Assembly: GCA_964652295.1 (NCBI GenBank)
Contig: CAZZCL010000003.1
Coordinates: forward strand, 141-64,140
Source of the DNA: an uncultured Chthoniobacterales bacterium
GTDB lineage: Bacteria > Verrucomicrobiota > Verrucomicrobiia > Chthoniobacterales > CALDSX01
Reading direction: 5' to 3'
Length of the DNA: 64,000 bases
Part shown: one piece after another, positions 20,575 to 29,719 of the stretch
Position numbering within the stretch: position 1 is the first letter of the stretch
How the letters are laid out: each line of letters begins with the position of its first letter
Translations under genes and position numbers: made by a program
Notes under the pieces: model-generated
What the model saw: the letters and a program-made list of their open reading frames with translations, nothing else
Told to the model about the DNA's origin: nothing
The model's database searches: none

Positions 20575-21498
20575 TCAATTCTCCTGCGCAGGTTGAAGAT
20601 TCAGAGGGTTGAATGCAAGCAGCTCGATGAGGATGCCCGCCTCGATTTCTTCGGTGCCAACGATGAATTCCATGCGGCCTGAACCCTCGGCTCCGGGCGG
20701 GGTGCGCGGGGGCGGCGTGGGATCGGTGTTGTCCAGATTGAGCGAGCGGACGACGAGGAAAAACGGGAGTTTCGGAATGGCGTTCAGGGCATCACGCAGA
20801 CGCGATTGGCCACCGACGAAATTCACAGTGAACGGGTAGCGCTCTATGAGAGGCTGGGGCGCGCGGCGTTCGTCTCCGCGGGCGGGGCGACGCTCGGGGC
20901 GTCGAGGTTGCGCTGCTTCCGCGCGAGGCGCGGTGGTGACGGGCGCTCCGGCTTCCCCAGGGACAGGCGTGCGTGCGACACCCCGAATTTCGCGGATGCC
21001 TGCGTCGGCAAGGACGCCGAGCACGCCGAGAATGGCATTGAGCTGACGGGCGAGGAGCGTGGCTGTTGCGTCGTCGGGCGGAACGATATCCTGGTAGGCC
21101 TCGAATCCGAGAAAGAAGTTTTCGGGAATTGCAACGTTCGCCTCGCGGGCTTTCTCACGGAAGGCATCACGTTCCCGGGTAAGGCGGGCCTTGAATTCCG
21201 TGGGCGAAATTGGCTCCACGCTTTCGGCGCGTTTGGCCATACGGTTGTGCAGATCTTCGAGCGCGACGCGATAGGCCTCGTTCTGCTCTGCGAGACGCGC
21301 CTCGTTTTCCTTGCTGGGATAAAGCGGGAGAGAACTCAGGCGTTGCAACTCACGGACTTGGGCATCGTAACGCTGGGAGACCTCGGCGTTACGTGCGCCG
21401 GCTTGAAAAGTCAGCCAGCCGAGTCCGGCAACCCCGGCGAGCACCACCGCAAAAAATGCTGTGAACAGCTTGTTCTGGGCAAACCACGCGGTGTTCAT
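20575..21498 (-). CDS. Amuc_1100-family-like pilus-associated membrane-anchored protein
   Basis: N-terminal TM, a coiled-coil, a Pro/Ala-rich linker, and a C-terminal block (YPFTVNFVGGQSRLRDALNAI...FFLVVRSLNLDN...EFIVGTEEIEAGILIELLAFN). This matches the Amuc_1100 architecture as I recall it. Confidence 0.6.
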   Translation of the reverse strand: MNTAWFAQNKLFTAFFAVVLAGVAGLGWLTFQAGARNAEVSQRYDAQVRELQRLSSLPLYPSKENEARLAEQNEAYRVALEDLHNRMAKRAESVEPISPTEFKARLTRERDAFREKAREANVAIPENFFLGFEAYQDIVPPDDATATLLARQLNAILGVLGVLADAGIREIRGVARTPVPGEAGAPVTTAPRAEAAQPRRPERRPARGDERRAPQPLIERYPFTVNFVGGQSRLRDALNAIPKLPFFLVVRSLNLDNTDPTPPPRTPPGAEGSGRMEFIVGTEEIEAGILIELLAFNPLNLQPAQEN

Positions 21499-21506
21499 GA
21501 AAAAAG

Positions 21507-23330
21507 TCAGCGCTGAGGGATAGGAACGGGATTTGACAATGGCAACTGCAGCTCGAACCCGAACGCCCAGGCCTGGTCGTCGGGCGCATCCACCCGGCGG
21601 AGAACGCTGCGCTGTTGTGTGTTGTAATCAAAGTCGAAGTATTCCGACTTTTCGAGAGCGCGCGCAAACTGGTGCACAATACGCTCGCTGTCAGCCGGAT
21701 TCTCGAGATCGACGAGATAAAGCCCTGTGAGTTGAATGCCATCAATGGCTGGCTCTGCAGCGCGGGATGCACTCTCAGCGGGGGCACCGGGCCTGGGGCG
21801 GGACGCCTGCCCGCCGAGCGGGTTGGCGACCGGGCCTGCACCGGCGCGCTCGGCAATCCGGGAAACGCCCCCAGCGGCATCGACCACGGCCCCTCCAGAG
21901 GTTGGGCGGAATTGTGTCACCCAGAGACCGTCCTCAGGAATGCGTTGGGCAATTTCGTCAATGACGGCAAGGAAAAACCCGCGGTCGCTGGCCACCTGCA
22001 CGAGTTGCGCAGCCTTTATTTGAAGCGTCTCGCGGTCGCGTTCGAGCTGATCGAAGCGCTTTTCGTAGCGAGCCAGCTCGGAAACCTTCGCAGAGACACT
22101 TGCAACAACGTCCTCTTTAATGCTCGCACTTTTATCAAAGTAAACCCACCAACCCGCCAGCGTGGCAAGCAATCCGAAGCCAGCAGCCAAAAGGAACGGT
22201 TTTTGAGCAGCCATGGCCTGCGCCTGCACAACCGAACTCGGGCGCAGATTCAATTCAATGGGGCAGGAATTTTCTGCACGAAGCGCCAGCCCGACAAGCT
22301 CGCCAAGTGTGTGCGCATCTTTTGCCGCCGCCTCGAGCGCCACCTTTTTGGAAACGGCCACGTTGCGCAGGGGATTGTAGAATTCGATCGGGATCTGCAA
22401 TTTTTCCTGAAAGAACTCGCGCATGTACGGAAGGCTTGCAGACCCCCCGCACAGAAATGCGCGCTGAGGCGCTGCTCCGCCCTGTTGACTTTTGAAAAAG
22501 CTGATGGAACGCCCGATCTCCGCGTGAATGCGGGTCATGGTATTGCGGATGATCTTGGACATCCTTGCAACGACGGGATCGGACGGCTCGGCATAGGCAC
22601 CGCCGAGGCTGACAAATCCCTGGGCGCGCTTGCGGGATTCCGCCGCCACAAAATTCTCATCCAGCTCCTTGGCAAGGGCGGATGTGATTGTACTGCCCCC
22701 CACCGCGATGCTCCGGAGAAACACTTTGCCCGGCTCAATAAAGATCAGGTTGGTAGATCGGGAACCAAGATCGATAAGGAGCGAGCAGCCTTCCAGATCG
22801 CTGTAATTGTATCGAAACGCGTTGTACAGCGCCGCGGAAGCCACATCCACAATCCGGGTTTTGAACCCGTTACCTTCAATTGCGGAATTAAGTTCGTCGA
22901 GCAAGTCGGCCTTGATCGCGACCAGCACCACTTCCATTTGGGAACTCGCGGAGGACTGACCGCTAACAATCTGATAATCCCAGACCACTTCGTCGATCGG
23001 GAACGGCACGTTCTGTTGCGCCTCGTATCGGACGATCTGCTCGACTTTTTCTTCCCCCACGGAAGGAAGCTTGACGAGACGCGCAAAGACGGACTGACCG
23101 CTGACGGCAAAAATTGCCGGGCCGGACTTGAGACCGAGTCGACCGGCGGCTTCGCCAATAGCAAACTGAGCCTGGGACACGCGCGTGGAATCGGCAGCGG
23201 GATCGCCGAGAACCTCGCTGGTCTCATACCCGTCAAGAATCAGGCCGCCGTTTGCGGTGCTCAGAAAGCGCCCGACGGAGATGGTTTGTGTTCCGAGATT
23301 AGCGACGAAGATTGGGGAACTGGCGGGCAT
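21507..23330 (-). CDS. PilM-like actin-fold ATPase fused to a PilN-like TM/coiled-coil segment and a C-terminal domain (Amuc_1101-like)
   Basis: A PilM/FtsA-like region (LLIDLGSRSTNLIF, CGGSASLP) covers residues 1-355. It is followed by IELNLRP, a TM segment (FLLAAGFGLLATLAGWWVYF), a coiled coil, and a ~170-aa tail. Confidence 0.8.
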   Translation of the reverse strand: MPASSPIFVANLGTQTISVGRFLSTANGGLILDGYETSEVLGDPAADSTRVSQAQFAIGEAAGRLGLKSGPAIFAVSGQSVFARLVKLPSVGEEKVEQIVRYEAQQNVPFPIDEVVWDYQIVSGQSSASSQMEVVLVAIKADLLDELNSAIEGNGFKTRIVDVASAALYNAFRYNYSDLEGCSLLIDLGSRSTNLIFIEPGKVFLRSIAVGGSTITSALAKELDENFVAAESRKRAQGFVSLGGAYAEPSDPVVARMSKIIRNTMTRIHAEIGRSISFFKSQQGGAAPQRAFLCGGSASLPYMREFFQEKLQIPIEFYNPLRNVAVSKKVALEAAAKDAHTLGELVGLALRAENSCPIELNLRPSSVVQAQAMAAQKPFLLAAGFGLLATLAGWWVYFDKSASIKEDVVASVSAKVSELARYEKRFDQLERDRETLQIKAAQLVQVASDRGFFLAVIDEIAQRIPEDGLWVTQFRPTSGGAVVDAAGGVSRIAERAGAGPVANPLGGQASRPRPGAPAESASRAAEPAIDGIQLTGLYLVDLENPADSERIVHQFARALEKSEYFDFDYNTQQRSVLRRVDAPDDQAWAFGFELQLPLSNPVPIPQR

Positions 23331-23463
23331 GCCGGGAAGAAAACGGCGACGGAATGAAAAACGTTGAGACGGGACGAAGGGTGAACGCTGGCTACGTGGA
23401 GAAGAAGCGTGTGGAAGTCGGCGTTATAAGCAAGTGAATGTTATCGGGTTCAACACGGCAAAT

Positions 23464-24177
23464 TTACCGGTCGGCTTTAATGGCTTCATAACGATCCCAG
23501 AACAGCGGCGCAAAAGGTGTCTGATTTTTCGCGACAAGCAGGCCGGGCACCTGCGTCATGGTCTGCCACCATGACGCACCGGCACCGCGATCCAGCGCTT
23601 CGACCACCTGAATAGCACCCTGCTTGCGGATTTCCACTGCAATATTCCTGATGTCGTTCACCCGCGGTGCGCGGCCTTCGAGCAAACGCTCAAGCGAACG
23701 CGGAGGAACGTACATCACCGAGTACAGCCCGCGTCCCTCGGGAATATTCACATGCGTCACCTCGCCAACCAGAAGCTGATCGGCGATGAGCACGTAATAG
23801 TTGAACGTGAGTTCTTCGGTGAAATCCTCCTTGGACTCGAACTCCACTTCAACTTCAAGCCACTCCCCGGAGCGGGTCGGGGTGCGTTTGCGATCTCCCT
23901 GGAATTCGTACTCCGGGGTTGAAACAATCTGTGGGGTGATGGACTTGATTGCGAAAGCGCTGCGGCGCGATTGAGCAACGGCCGTGGCTGGCACCATCAT
24001 GACGGCAGACAAAACGACGACGACAATCGACCAGGTTCTGAAAGGCCAGGTTCTGAAAGGCCAGGTTTTAAAATTGTAGAGAAGGCCGAAGATGCGGTCG
24101 CCAGCGGTTTGGGACGCAGGATGCAACTGAGCGGCCATGCTCTGGGGAGTGGACCGGGGAAAAGAAGCGAACTTCAT
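23464..24177 (-). CDS. Membrane-anchored protein, Amuc_1102-like by position (pilus-like cluster)
   Basis: The N-terminus carries a TWPFR TWPFR repeat, then a TM/signal segment (IVVVVLSAVMMVPATAVAQ) and a ~170-aa beta-rich domain. The start is uncertain (24177, 24195 or 24252). Confidence 0.6.
   Translation of the reverse strand: MKFASFPRSTPQSMAAQLHPASQTAGDRIFGLLYNFKTWPFRTWPFRTWSIVVVVLSAVMMVPATAVAQSRRSAFAIKSITPQIVSTPEYEFQGDRKRTPTRSGEWLEVEVEFESKEDFTEELTFNYYVLIADQLLVGEVTHVNIPEGRGLYSVMYVPPRSLERLLEGRAPRVNDIRNIAVEIRKQGAIQVVEALDRGAGASWWQTMTQVPGLLVAKNQTPFAPLFWDRYEAIKADR
24031..24075. repeat. In-frame 15-bp tandem repeat (2 perfect copies plus 1 degenerate)
   Basis: The copies are ccaggttctgaaagg, ccaggttctgaaagg and ccaggttttaaaatt. 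On the minus strand they encode FKTWP-FRTWP-FRTWS, just before the TM helix. Confidence 0.9.
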
Positions 24178-24379
24178 AGAACGATTTAGATACATGCACG
24201 GCGGGGGATGGGAAGCAAAATGAAATCTTTCGGCGGCGCAATCGGCAAGCAATTACCAGGAATGGCGTTGAACGGAAGCCGGCGCAACATGTTGCGATGC
24301 CACGAAATCGGTGTCGGCCCGTATTGACGTTGCGGTCCATAATTTACGTCTCGCAGGTTCCCCCGCTTCGCCATTTAGA

Positions 24380-25336
24380 TTAGATTACGCGCCCTCGGAA
24401 AAAATCGATAGTCTTGACGATACCCTCTTCGAACGGCACGCGAGGCTCCCACCCGAGCAGTTCACGCGCCCGGGAGATATCCGGCTGCCGCACCTTGGGA
24501 TCGTCCTCAGGGAGCGGTTTCTCAATAATCGGGGATTTTGCTCCGGTGATGCGAATGATGTGCCCGGCAAACTCGCGTATGGTCATTTCCCTTGGGTTTC
24601 CAATGTTCACAGGATCGTGCGTGCCACTCATCATGAGGCGAAAGATCCCGTCAATAAGATCCGAGACGTAGCAAAAACTCCGCGTCTGCGAGCCATCACC
24701 AAAAAGAGTCAGCGGAGCGCCACGCAGCGCCTGGCCGATGAAAGCCGGGACCACGCGTCCGTCGTACAGGCGCATGCGCGGTCCGTAAGTATTGAAGATG
24801 CGAACGATTTTGGTGTCCACCCCGTGCGAGCGGTGGTAGGCCATGGTAATCGCCTCGGCGAAGCGTTTGGCTTCGTCGTAGACGCCACGCGGGCCGATGG
24901 GGTTCACATTGCCCCAATACGATTCGTTCTGCGGATGAATGAGCGGGTCGCCATACACTTCCGACGTCGAAGCGAGGAGGAAGCGGGCGTTTTTCGCCTT
25001 GGCCAACCCAAGGGCATTGTGGGTACCGAGAGCACCGACTTTCAGCGTCGGAATCGGGTGTTCCAGATAATCGATGGGGCTGGCAGGCGATGCAAAATGA
25101 AAAACAAAATCCACCTCTTCGTTGAGAAAAATGTAGCTCGTGACGTTGTGCCTGATGAATCGGAAATTCTCATTGCCGACGAGGTGCGCGATGTTTTCCG
25201 TGTTGCCGGTGAGCAGATTGTCGATTGCAATCACGCGATGCCCCTCGGCGAGGAGACGGTCGGTGAGATGCGAGCCGAGGAAGCCGGCGCCACCGGTTAC
25301 GACGGAGACGGGTTTGCGCGAAGGATCAGGAAGCAT
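24380..25336 (-). CDS. UDP-glucuronate decarboxylase (UDP-xylose synthase), SDR family
   Basis: Motifs [20 protein letters not shown] and YDEAKR. 318 aa. Confidence 0.85.
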   Translation of the reverse strand: MLPDPSRKPVSVVTGGAGFLGSHLTDRLLAEGHRVIAIDNLLTGNTENIAHLVGNENFRFIRHNVTSYIFLNEEVDFVFHFASPASPIDYLEHPIPTLKVGALGTHNALGLAKAKNARFLLASTSEVYGDPLIHPQNESYWGNVNPIGPRGVYDEAKRFAEAITMAYHRSHGVDTKIVRIFNTYGPRMRLYDGRVVPAFIGQALRGAPLTLFGDGSQTRSFCYVSDLIDGIFRLMMSGTHDPVNIGNPREMTIREFAGHIIRITGAKSPIIEKPLPEDDPKVRQPDISRARELLGWEPRVPFEEGIVKTIDFFRGRVI

Positions 25337-25434
25337 GGGATGGGCTACTTAGGGATTACGCACGCGCTGCGCAACCGAAAACGGCGGTGGCACCTTAATG
25401 CCATCGCAAGTGCGCACAATGCGGAGAATGCAGC

Positions 25435-25470
25435 GCCGGGGGCTGTGCAATGGCCCCCGGCGGCTTTTCT
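25435..25470 (+). terminator. Terminator-like hairpin in the divergent UXS/OMP region
   Basis: GCCGGGGGC-tgtgcaatg-GCCCCCGGC is a 9-bp GC stem followed by ggcTTTTCTT. No upstream + strand gene is called. Confidence 0.35.
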
Positions 25471-25554
25471 TCAACAGAAAGAATTTTCTGCTTGGAAAAT
25501 CGCGAAGCATCGGTCAAATGAGAAACCTGACTGTTCAAAACCTGTCCAATTCCC

Positions 25555-26976
25555 GTGCAAACACTCCAGATTTCCACAGACAATAATCGGCCTCGCAATA
25601 ATCAAACTGTAACGACGCCTGCGGAATATTTCCGGGCGGTCGGTGCGACCCATTTCGGGACCAGCACCGGAGGGCCATCCCTCCCAACGCTGATCGCAAC
25701 TCTCCTGCTCGCGATTTCCTTTAATGCCGGACATGTCGTTCGCGCTCAGGACGTGCCCGTGGAATCCTACACCTCCGCTTCGACGGAGGCTTTCATGCCG
25801 ACTCCCGAAACCGGTCAGACCGGGCTGGACGCCGGGGCGCAGGGTTCTGTTGGAGCCAGTGACCCGGATATCTCGCCCACCGGCACTGATCGCTTTCAAG
25901 GCAAACGATTCCGGACGACTGTAAATGTGCGCGGCGGCTACGACGACAACGTTTACACCCAGTCCGTTGGTGAGGAGGAAAGCACTTTCGTCGGTGGCGG
26001 CATCAATTTTAATTACGACTTCGGCACGGACCGCACCCAGCTCACATTTGGATTGGGCGCAGACGCCGATTATTATCTGGATGTCACCAACGACGACGTC
26101 TTTTACAATCTGCGCCTCGATTTCGGCGTAACGCATCGCGTCACTCCGCGGCTAACGGTCGGAGCAAGCACGTATACCACATACCAGTCCCGCCCGGATT
26201 TTTCCGTCCCGCTCGCCAGTACACGCGATTCGGGCGAATATTTTTACACCGGTTCGCGGCTCTTTGTCACATATCTCTGGTCGCCGAAGTTTCAGACGGT
26301 TACCGGTCTTACGATTAACGGCATTCTTTATTCCGAAGACGATGTTTCTGACAGCCTTGACCGCTTTGAAGGCACGTTCAATCAGGAGTTCCGCTATTTA
26401 TGGACACCGACCACCACGGCGATCGCGGAGTATCGACTCGGCGGGTTTGCTTACGTCGAAGAATCTGATCGGGACTCCATCGCGCACTTCGCCCTTCTGG
26501 GCATCGACCATCAGCTGGCGCCTCGCTCCTCGGTAACCGGTCGTGTTGGAGCAGAGTTTCGCGACTTCGATGACGGCGAGAACCTGACCCGACCCTACGG
26601 AGAACTCAGTGTGTCGTATCGCGCAGGCGAGAATACCTCGCTGTCCTGGTTCAACCGCCTCGGCCTTGAGCAGTCCGAGTTCGCCGATGTGGACGAGCGC
26701 TACACGTATCGCACAGGCCTTTCCGCAAGCCAGCAATGGACGCCGAAATTCAGCACGTCGTTGTCTGTGTTCTACACGCACGATGAGTACGGCGACCAGG
26801 ATAACGCAGAAGGGTTTACCGAAGACTCCGTCGATTTATCTCTGGGCCTTAACTACGCGTTCACCCGTCTTCTTTCTGCGTCGCTCTCGTATCGGTTTTC
26901 CGAAGTCTTCAGCGACAGCGAATTCCGGGAATATTCCCGCAACACCATTTCGCTCGGACTTGTGGCGAGCTTTTAA
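25555..26976 (+). CDS. Outer-membrane beta-barrel protein (probable polysaccharide-export porin)
   Basis: Signal-like LIATLLLAISFNAGHVVRAQD. Many amphipathic beta-hairpin repeats are present. The C-terminus is ...ISLGLVASF, with a terminal Phe. The start is uncertain (GTG at 25555). Confidence 0.75.
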   Translation: MQTLQISTDNNRPRNNQTVTTPAEYFRAVGATHFGTSTGGPSLPTLIATLLLAISFNAGHVVRAQDVPVESYTSASTEAFMPTPETGQTGLDAGAQGSVGASDPDISPTGTDRFQGKRFRTTVNVRGGYDDNVYTQSVGEEESTFVGGGINFNYDFGTDRTQLTFGLGADADYYLDVTNDDVFYNLRLDFGVTHRVTPRLTVGASTYTTYQSRPDFSVPLASTRDSGEYFYTGSRLFVTYLWSPKFQTVTGLTINGILYSEDDVSDSLDRFEGTFNQEFRYLWTPTTTAIAEYRLGGFAYVEESDRDSIAHFALLGIDHQLAPRSSVTGRVGAEFRDFDDGENLTRPYGELSVSYRAGENTSLSWFNRLGLEQSEFADVDERYTYRTGLSASQQWTPKFSTSLSVFYTHDEYGDQDNAEGFTEDSVDLSLGLNYAFTRLLSASLSYRFSEVFSDSEFREYSRNTISLGLVASF

Positions 26977-27441
26977 AGCGCGTCCTGCCACGTCTGCAAG
27001 CAATCGAACAACTTCATCGGGAAGGAGGGACGAAGGGAAGCAGCCATCGCAGATTATACGGTTCACCCAATCGTTCATCGGGGCGGGGCTCCACCACGCT
27101 CGATCATTCTGTGGTGTCGGCGTAATCACCCATCCTCGTTGAACGGCCCGCGCGGCTCCGTTTCCTGCTCCATCCTCGTTTTAGGTGCCTCGGTCCCTCG
27201 ACGGGCAGTTGCCATGCGAGCGGCCTTCTGTATGTTCGATGAATAGTGCGGGTGCTGCTGCATTGTTAAGCTTCCTGCCTTCTCCTTTTTGGTCTCTGTC
27301 GCCCTCCACCTCTCCTCTCAATCGCTTTCGTCAACCCTGTTGCAGTTTCCAATCCGCCTCTCCCGGCTCCGCCATTCCGCACCTCCGGGTTAATCAAGCC
27401 GTTTGCCACTCAGTTCCACAGATCCACAACACGCACAGCGC
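26977..27441 (+). promoter_or_regulatory. Long non-coding leader upstream of wzc, with a C-rich/G-poor tract (candidate rut/antitermination region)
   Basis: 465 nt with no convincing ORF. By hand count, 27271-27390 is about 44% C and 15% G. The direct repeat CCATCCTCGTT occurs at 27130 and 27170. Confidence 0.35.
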
Positions 27442-29652
27442 ATGAACGACAACGATTCCACGGCCAGCGATTCCAAACTGCATTTCCTCGATTATTGGCG
27501 GGTCATCCGCGTTCGCTACGGCATTATTCTCCTGGCATTTCTGTTGGTGGTGATTACCACCGGCGTCACCACGTATTACATGAAGCGGGAATACCGCTCC
27601 TCGGTCTTCATGCAGGTGTCCAACCGCATGCAAACCATGCCGCTGTTTGGAGGCGGCAACGAGGGCGGTGAGCGCCGAATTGACACCACCTATGCGGGTA
27701 CACAATTTGAGATCCTGCAACGCAAGGAAATCCTGTATCCCGTTGTAGAAGAGCTGGGTCTGCGGCAGCGGTGGGGCAGCGCGGGAAGTCCGTTGCCTGA
27801 AGAGTTCGCCTACTACCGGCTCCGGGGCATGATGGAGGTGCGCGCAGTCCGCAACACCGACCTGATTCAGGTGGACGTCTACAGTGCAGACCCTAAGGAA
27901 GCCGCTGAGATTGCGAATAAAATTGCCGATGTCTATGTGCAACGGCGCATTGATCTCTTCCGCGCATTGCAGGAAGGGGCACTCGGCACCCTCGATGACG
28001 AGGTGGAGAAGCAGGATCGCGAGGTCAAGGAATTGAGCGCCAAAATGGCGAGGCTTCGGGAGGAACTCGAAATCGTCGATTTGAACCCCGACAATGCCGA
28101 GGAACCCGTGCAGGTCGTCGAACGCAACCTTCTGAGCAAGCAAAGCGAGGTGAACGAATCCAAGTCGCGGATCACGCGGCTGGAAAGTCTGATCAAACAA
28201 ATCTCGTTCCTGAGCATGGAGGAGCTCAAGAACGCGCTCACGATGCTCAACATTCCGGATCCGCTTGTATCCAAGAACCTCCCCCAGTTGCAGGATGCAC
28301 GGGCGCAGCGGGCCAGACTGCTGGAAGCCGGTCTTGGAGAACGGCACTCCAAAATTCGCGAGCTTGATGCGTTGATTGAAACGTACACTCAGCAACTCGA
28401 CGACCAGATGGGCACGCTGGAAAAATCGATGAACGCGCAACTGGCCGTCGAAAAAGAGAACCTCGAGCGGCTTGACTCACAGCTGACTGATTTCGAGCAG
28501 GAATTGCTGGCGTCGCGTAAAAACATCCAGGATTATAACCGGGCGAAATCCGACTACAACGATGCGCGACGGCTCCTGGAAGCCGCAAAGATGCGATTGC
28601 AAACCAGGATGATGGAATTGCAACTGCCGCTGGAGCCGGCGACCATCTGGGAATACGCCGAGGAATCCGCCGTTCCTGCCCGCCCGAACGTCTTCCTGAA
28701 CATTGCCCTGGGCGTAATCGTGGGGCTGCTCACAGGTGTAGGCCTCGCCTTCTTCATCGAGTACCTCGACACCAGCGTGAAGACAATGGAAGACGTGGAG
28801 ACATTTTTGGGTGTACCAGTGCTGGCGGTGATCCCCAAAGGTATTGGACTCCTTCACAACATGTCTTCGGAAAGCGCGGATGCCGAAGCGTACCGCATCA
28901 TGCGCACGAACATCGAATTCAACCGCAAGAGCGCGGATGCCAACGCGATCACGATCGTCAGCGGAGGCACCGGCGAGGGCAAATCGACGACGCTGGCCAA
29001 TCTTGCGTTCATCTGCGCCCAGGGCGGATACAACGCGCTGATTGTCGACGCCGACCTGCGTCGGCCGGTTCAGCACAAATTGTTCGGCGTGAATAATAGT
29101 TTCGGCCTGACCAATTACCTCACGACGAACATCACGCTTGAGGATGTCATTATTCAGACTGAAGTGGACAATCTCTACCTCATGCCGAGCGGCGTGCTCC
29201 CCTCAGACGCCGTCGGAATCCTCAACTCCCAGCGCATGTCCGACATGATCGCGGAACTCAAAACGCGATTCGACCTCGTCTTTTTCGACAGCCCCCCAAT
29301 CCTTGGCGTAAGCGACGCTTCCGTGCTGGCCAGCGAGGTGGATCTGACCATTATCGTGGTGCAGCACCGGCGTTTTCCAAGGAACATGCTCCTGCGCGTG
29401 AAGCAATCCATTCAAAACGTCGGTGGTACAGTACTTGGAGTTGTCCTCAACAACGTGGACCTCAAACACGACCCGAATTACCAGTACTACACAAGCTATT
29501 ATCATTATTACTACAAAACGCCCGGACGCGTGACGCCAGCGGAAGCCATGGCCGGTCCCGCCGGAGCGGAGACCGAGCCGGTCGGCCAGACGATGGACGA
29601 ACCAGCAAGACGGTCCTCGCGTTCCAGTTCGCACCATGACGCTGATTACTGA
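27442..29652 (+). CDS. Polysaccharide co-polymerase / BY-kinase (Wzc/GumC-like tyrosine autokinase)
   Basis: Wzz-like N-terminus with a coiled coil. Walker A GGTGEGKSTT. C-terminal Tyr cluster YQYYTSYYHYYYK. Confidence 0.9.
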   Translation: MNDNDSTASDSKLHFLDYWRVIRVRYGIILLAFLLVVITTGVTTYYMKREYRSSVFMQVSNRMQTMPLFGGGNEGGERRIDTTYAGTQFEILQRKEILYPVVEELGLRQRWGSAGSPLPEEFAYYRLRGMMEVRAVRNTDLIQVDVYSADPKEAAEIANKIADVYVQRRIDLFRALQEGALGTLDDEVEKQDREVKELSAKMARLREELEIVDLNPDNAEEPVQVVERNLLSKQSEVNESKSRITRLESLIKQISFLSMEELKNALTMLNIPDPLVSKNLPQLQDARAQRARLLEAGLGERHSKIRELDALIETYTQQLDDQMGTLEKSMNAQLAVEKENLERLDSQLTDFEQELLASRKNIQDYNRAKSDYNDARRLLEAAKMRLQTRMMELQLPLEPATIWEYAEESAVPARPNVFLNIALGVIVGLLTGVGLAFFIEYLDTSVKTMEDVETFLGVPVLAVIPKGIGLLHNMSSESADAEAYRIMRTNIEFNRKSADANAITIVSGGTGEGKSTTLANLAFICAQGGYNALIVDADLRRPVQHKLFGVNNSFGLTNYLTTNITLEDVIIQTEVDNLYLMPSGVLPSDAVGILNSQRMSDMIAELKTRFDLVFFDSPPILGVSDASVLASEVDLTIIVVQHRRFPRNMLLRVKQSIQNVGGTVLGVVLNNVDLKHDPNYQYYTSYYHYYYKTPGRVTPAEAMAGPAGAETEPVGQTMDEPARRSSRSSSHHDADY

Positions 29653-29719
29653 CGCCACCTCATCGCGGATGCACCGCAGGGAGCCCGCAGTCCTTCAACC
29701 CACTGCAACACGGCACCGC

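Noticed and set aside
21615-23357. 580-aa + strand ORF
   Set aside because: It is antisense to the PilM-like gene and has no recognisable motifs. This is a typical GC-rich shadow ORF.
24311-25612. 433-aa + strand ORF
   Set aside because: It is antisense to the UDP-xylose synthase gene, which has clear SDR motifs. The shadow frame is rejected.
27394-28440. 348-aa - strand ORF
   Set aside because: It is antisense to the Wzc N-terminal half. Wzc has a Walker A motif and a Tyr cluster, while the antisense product has no features.
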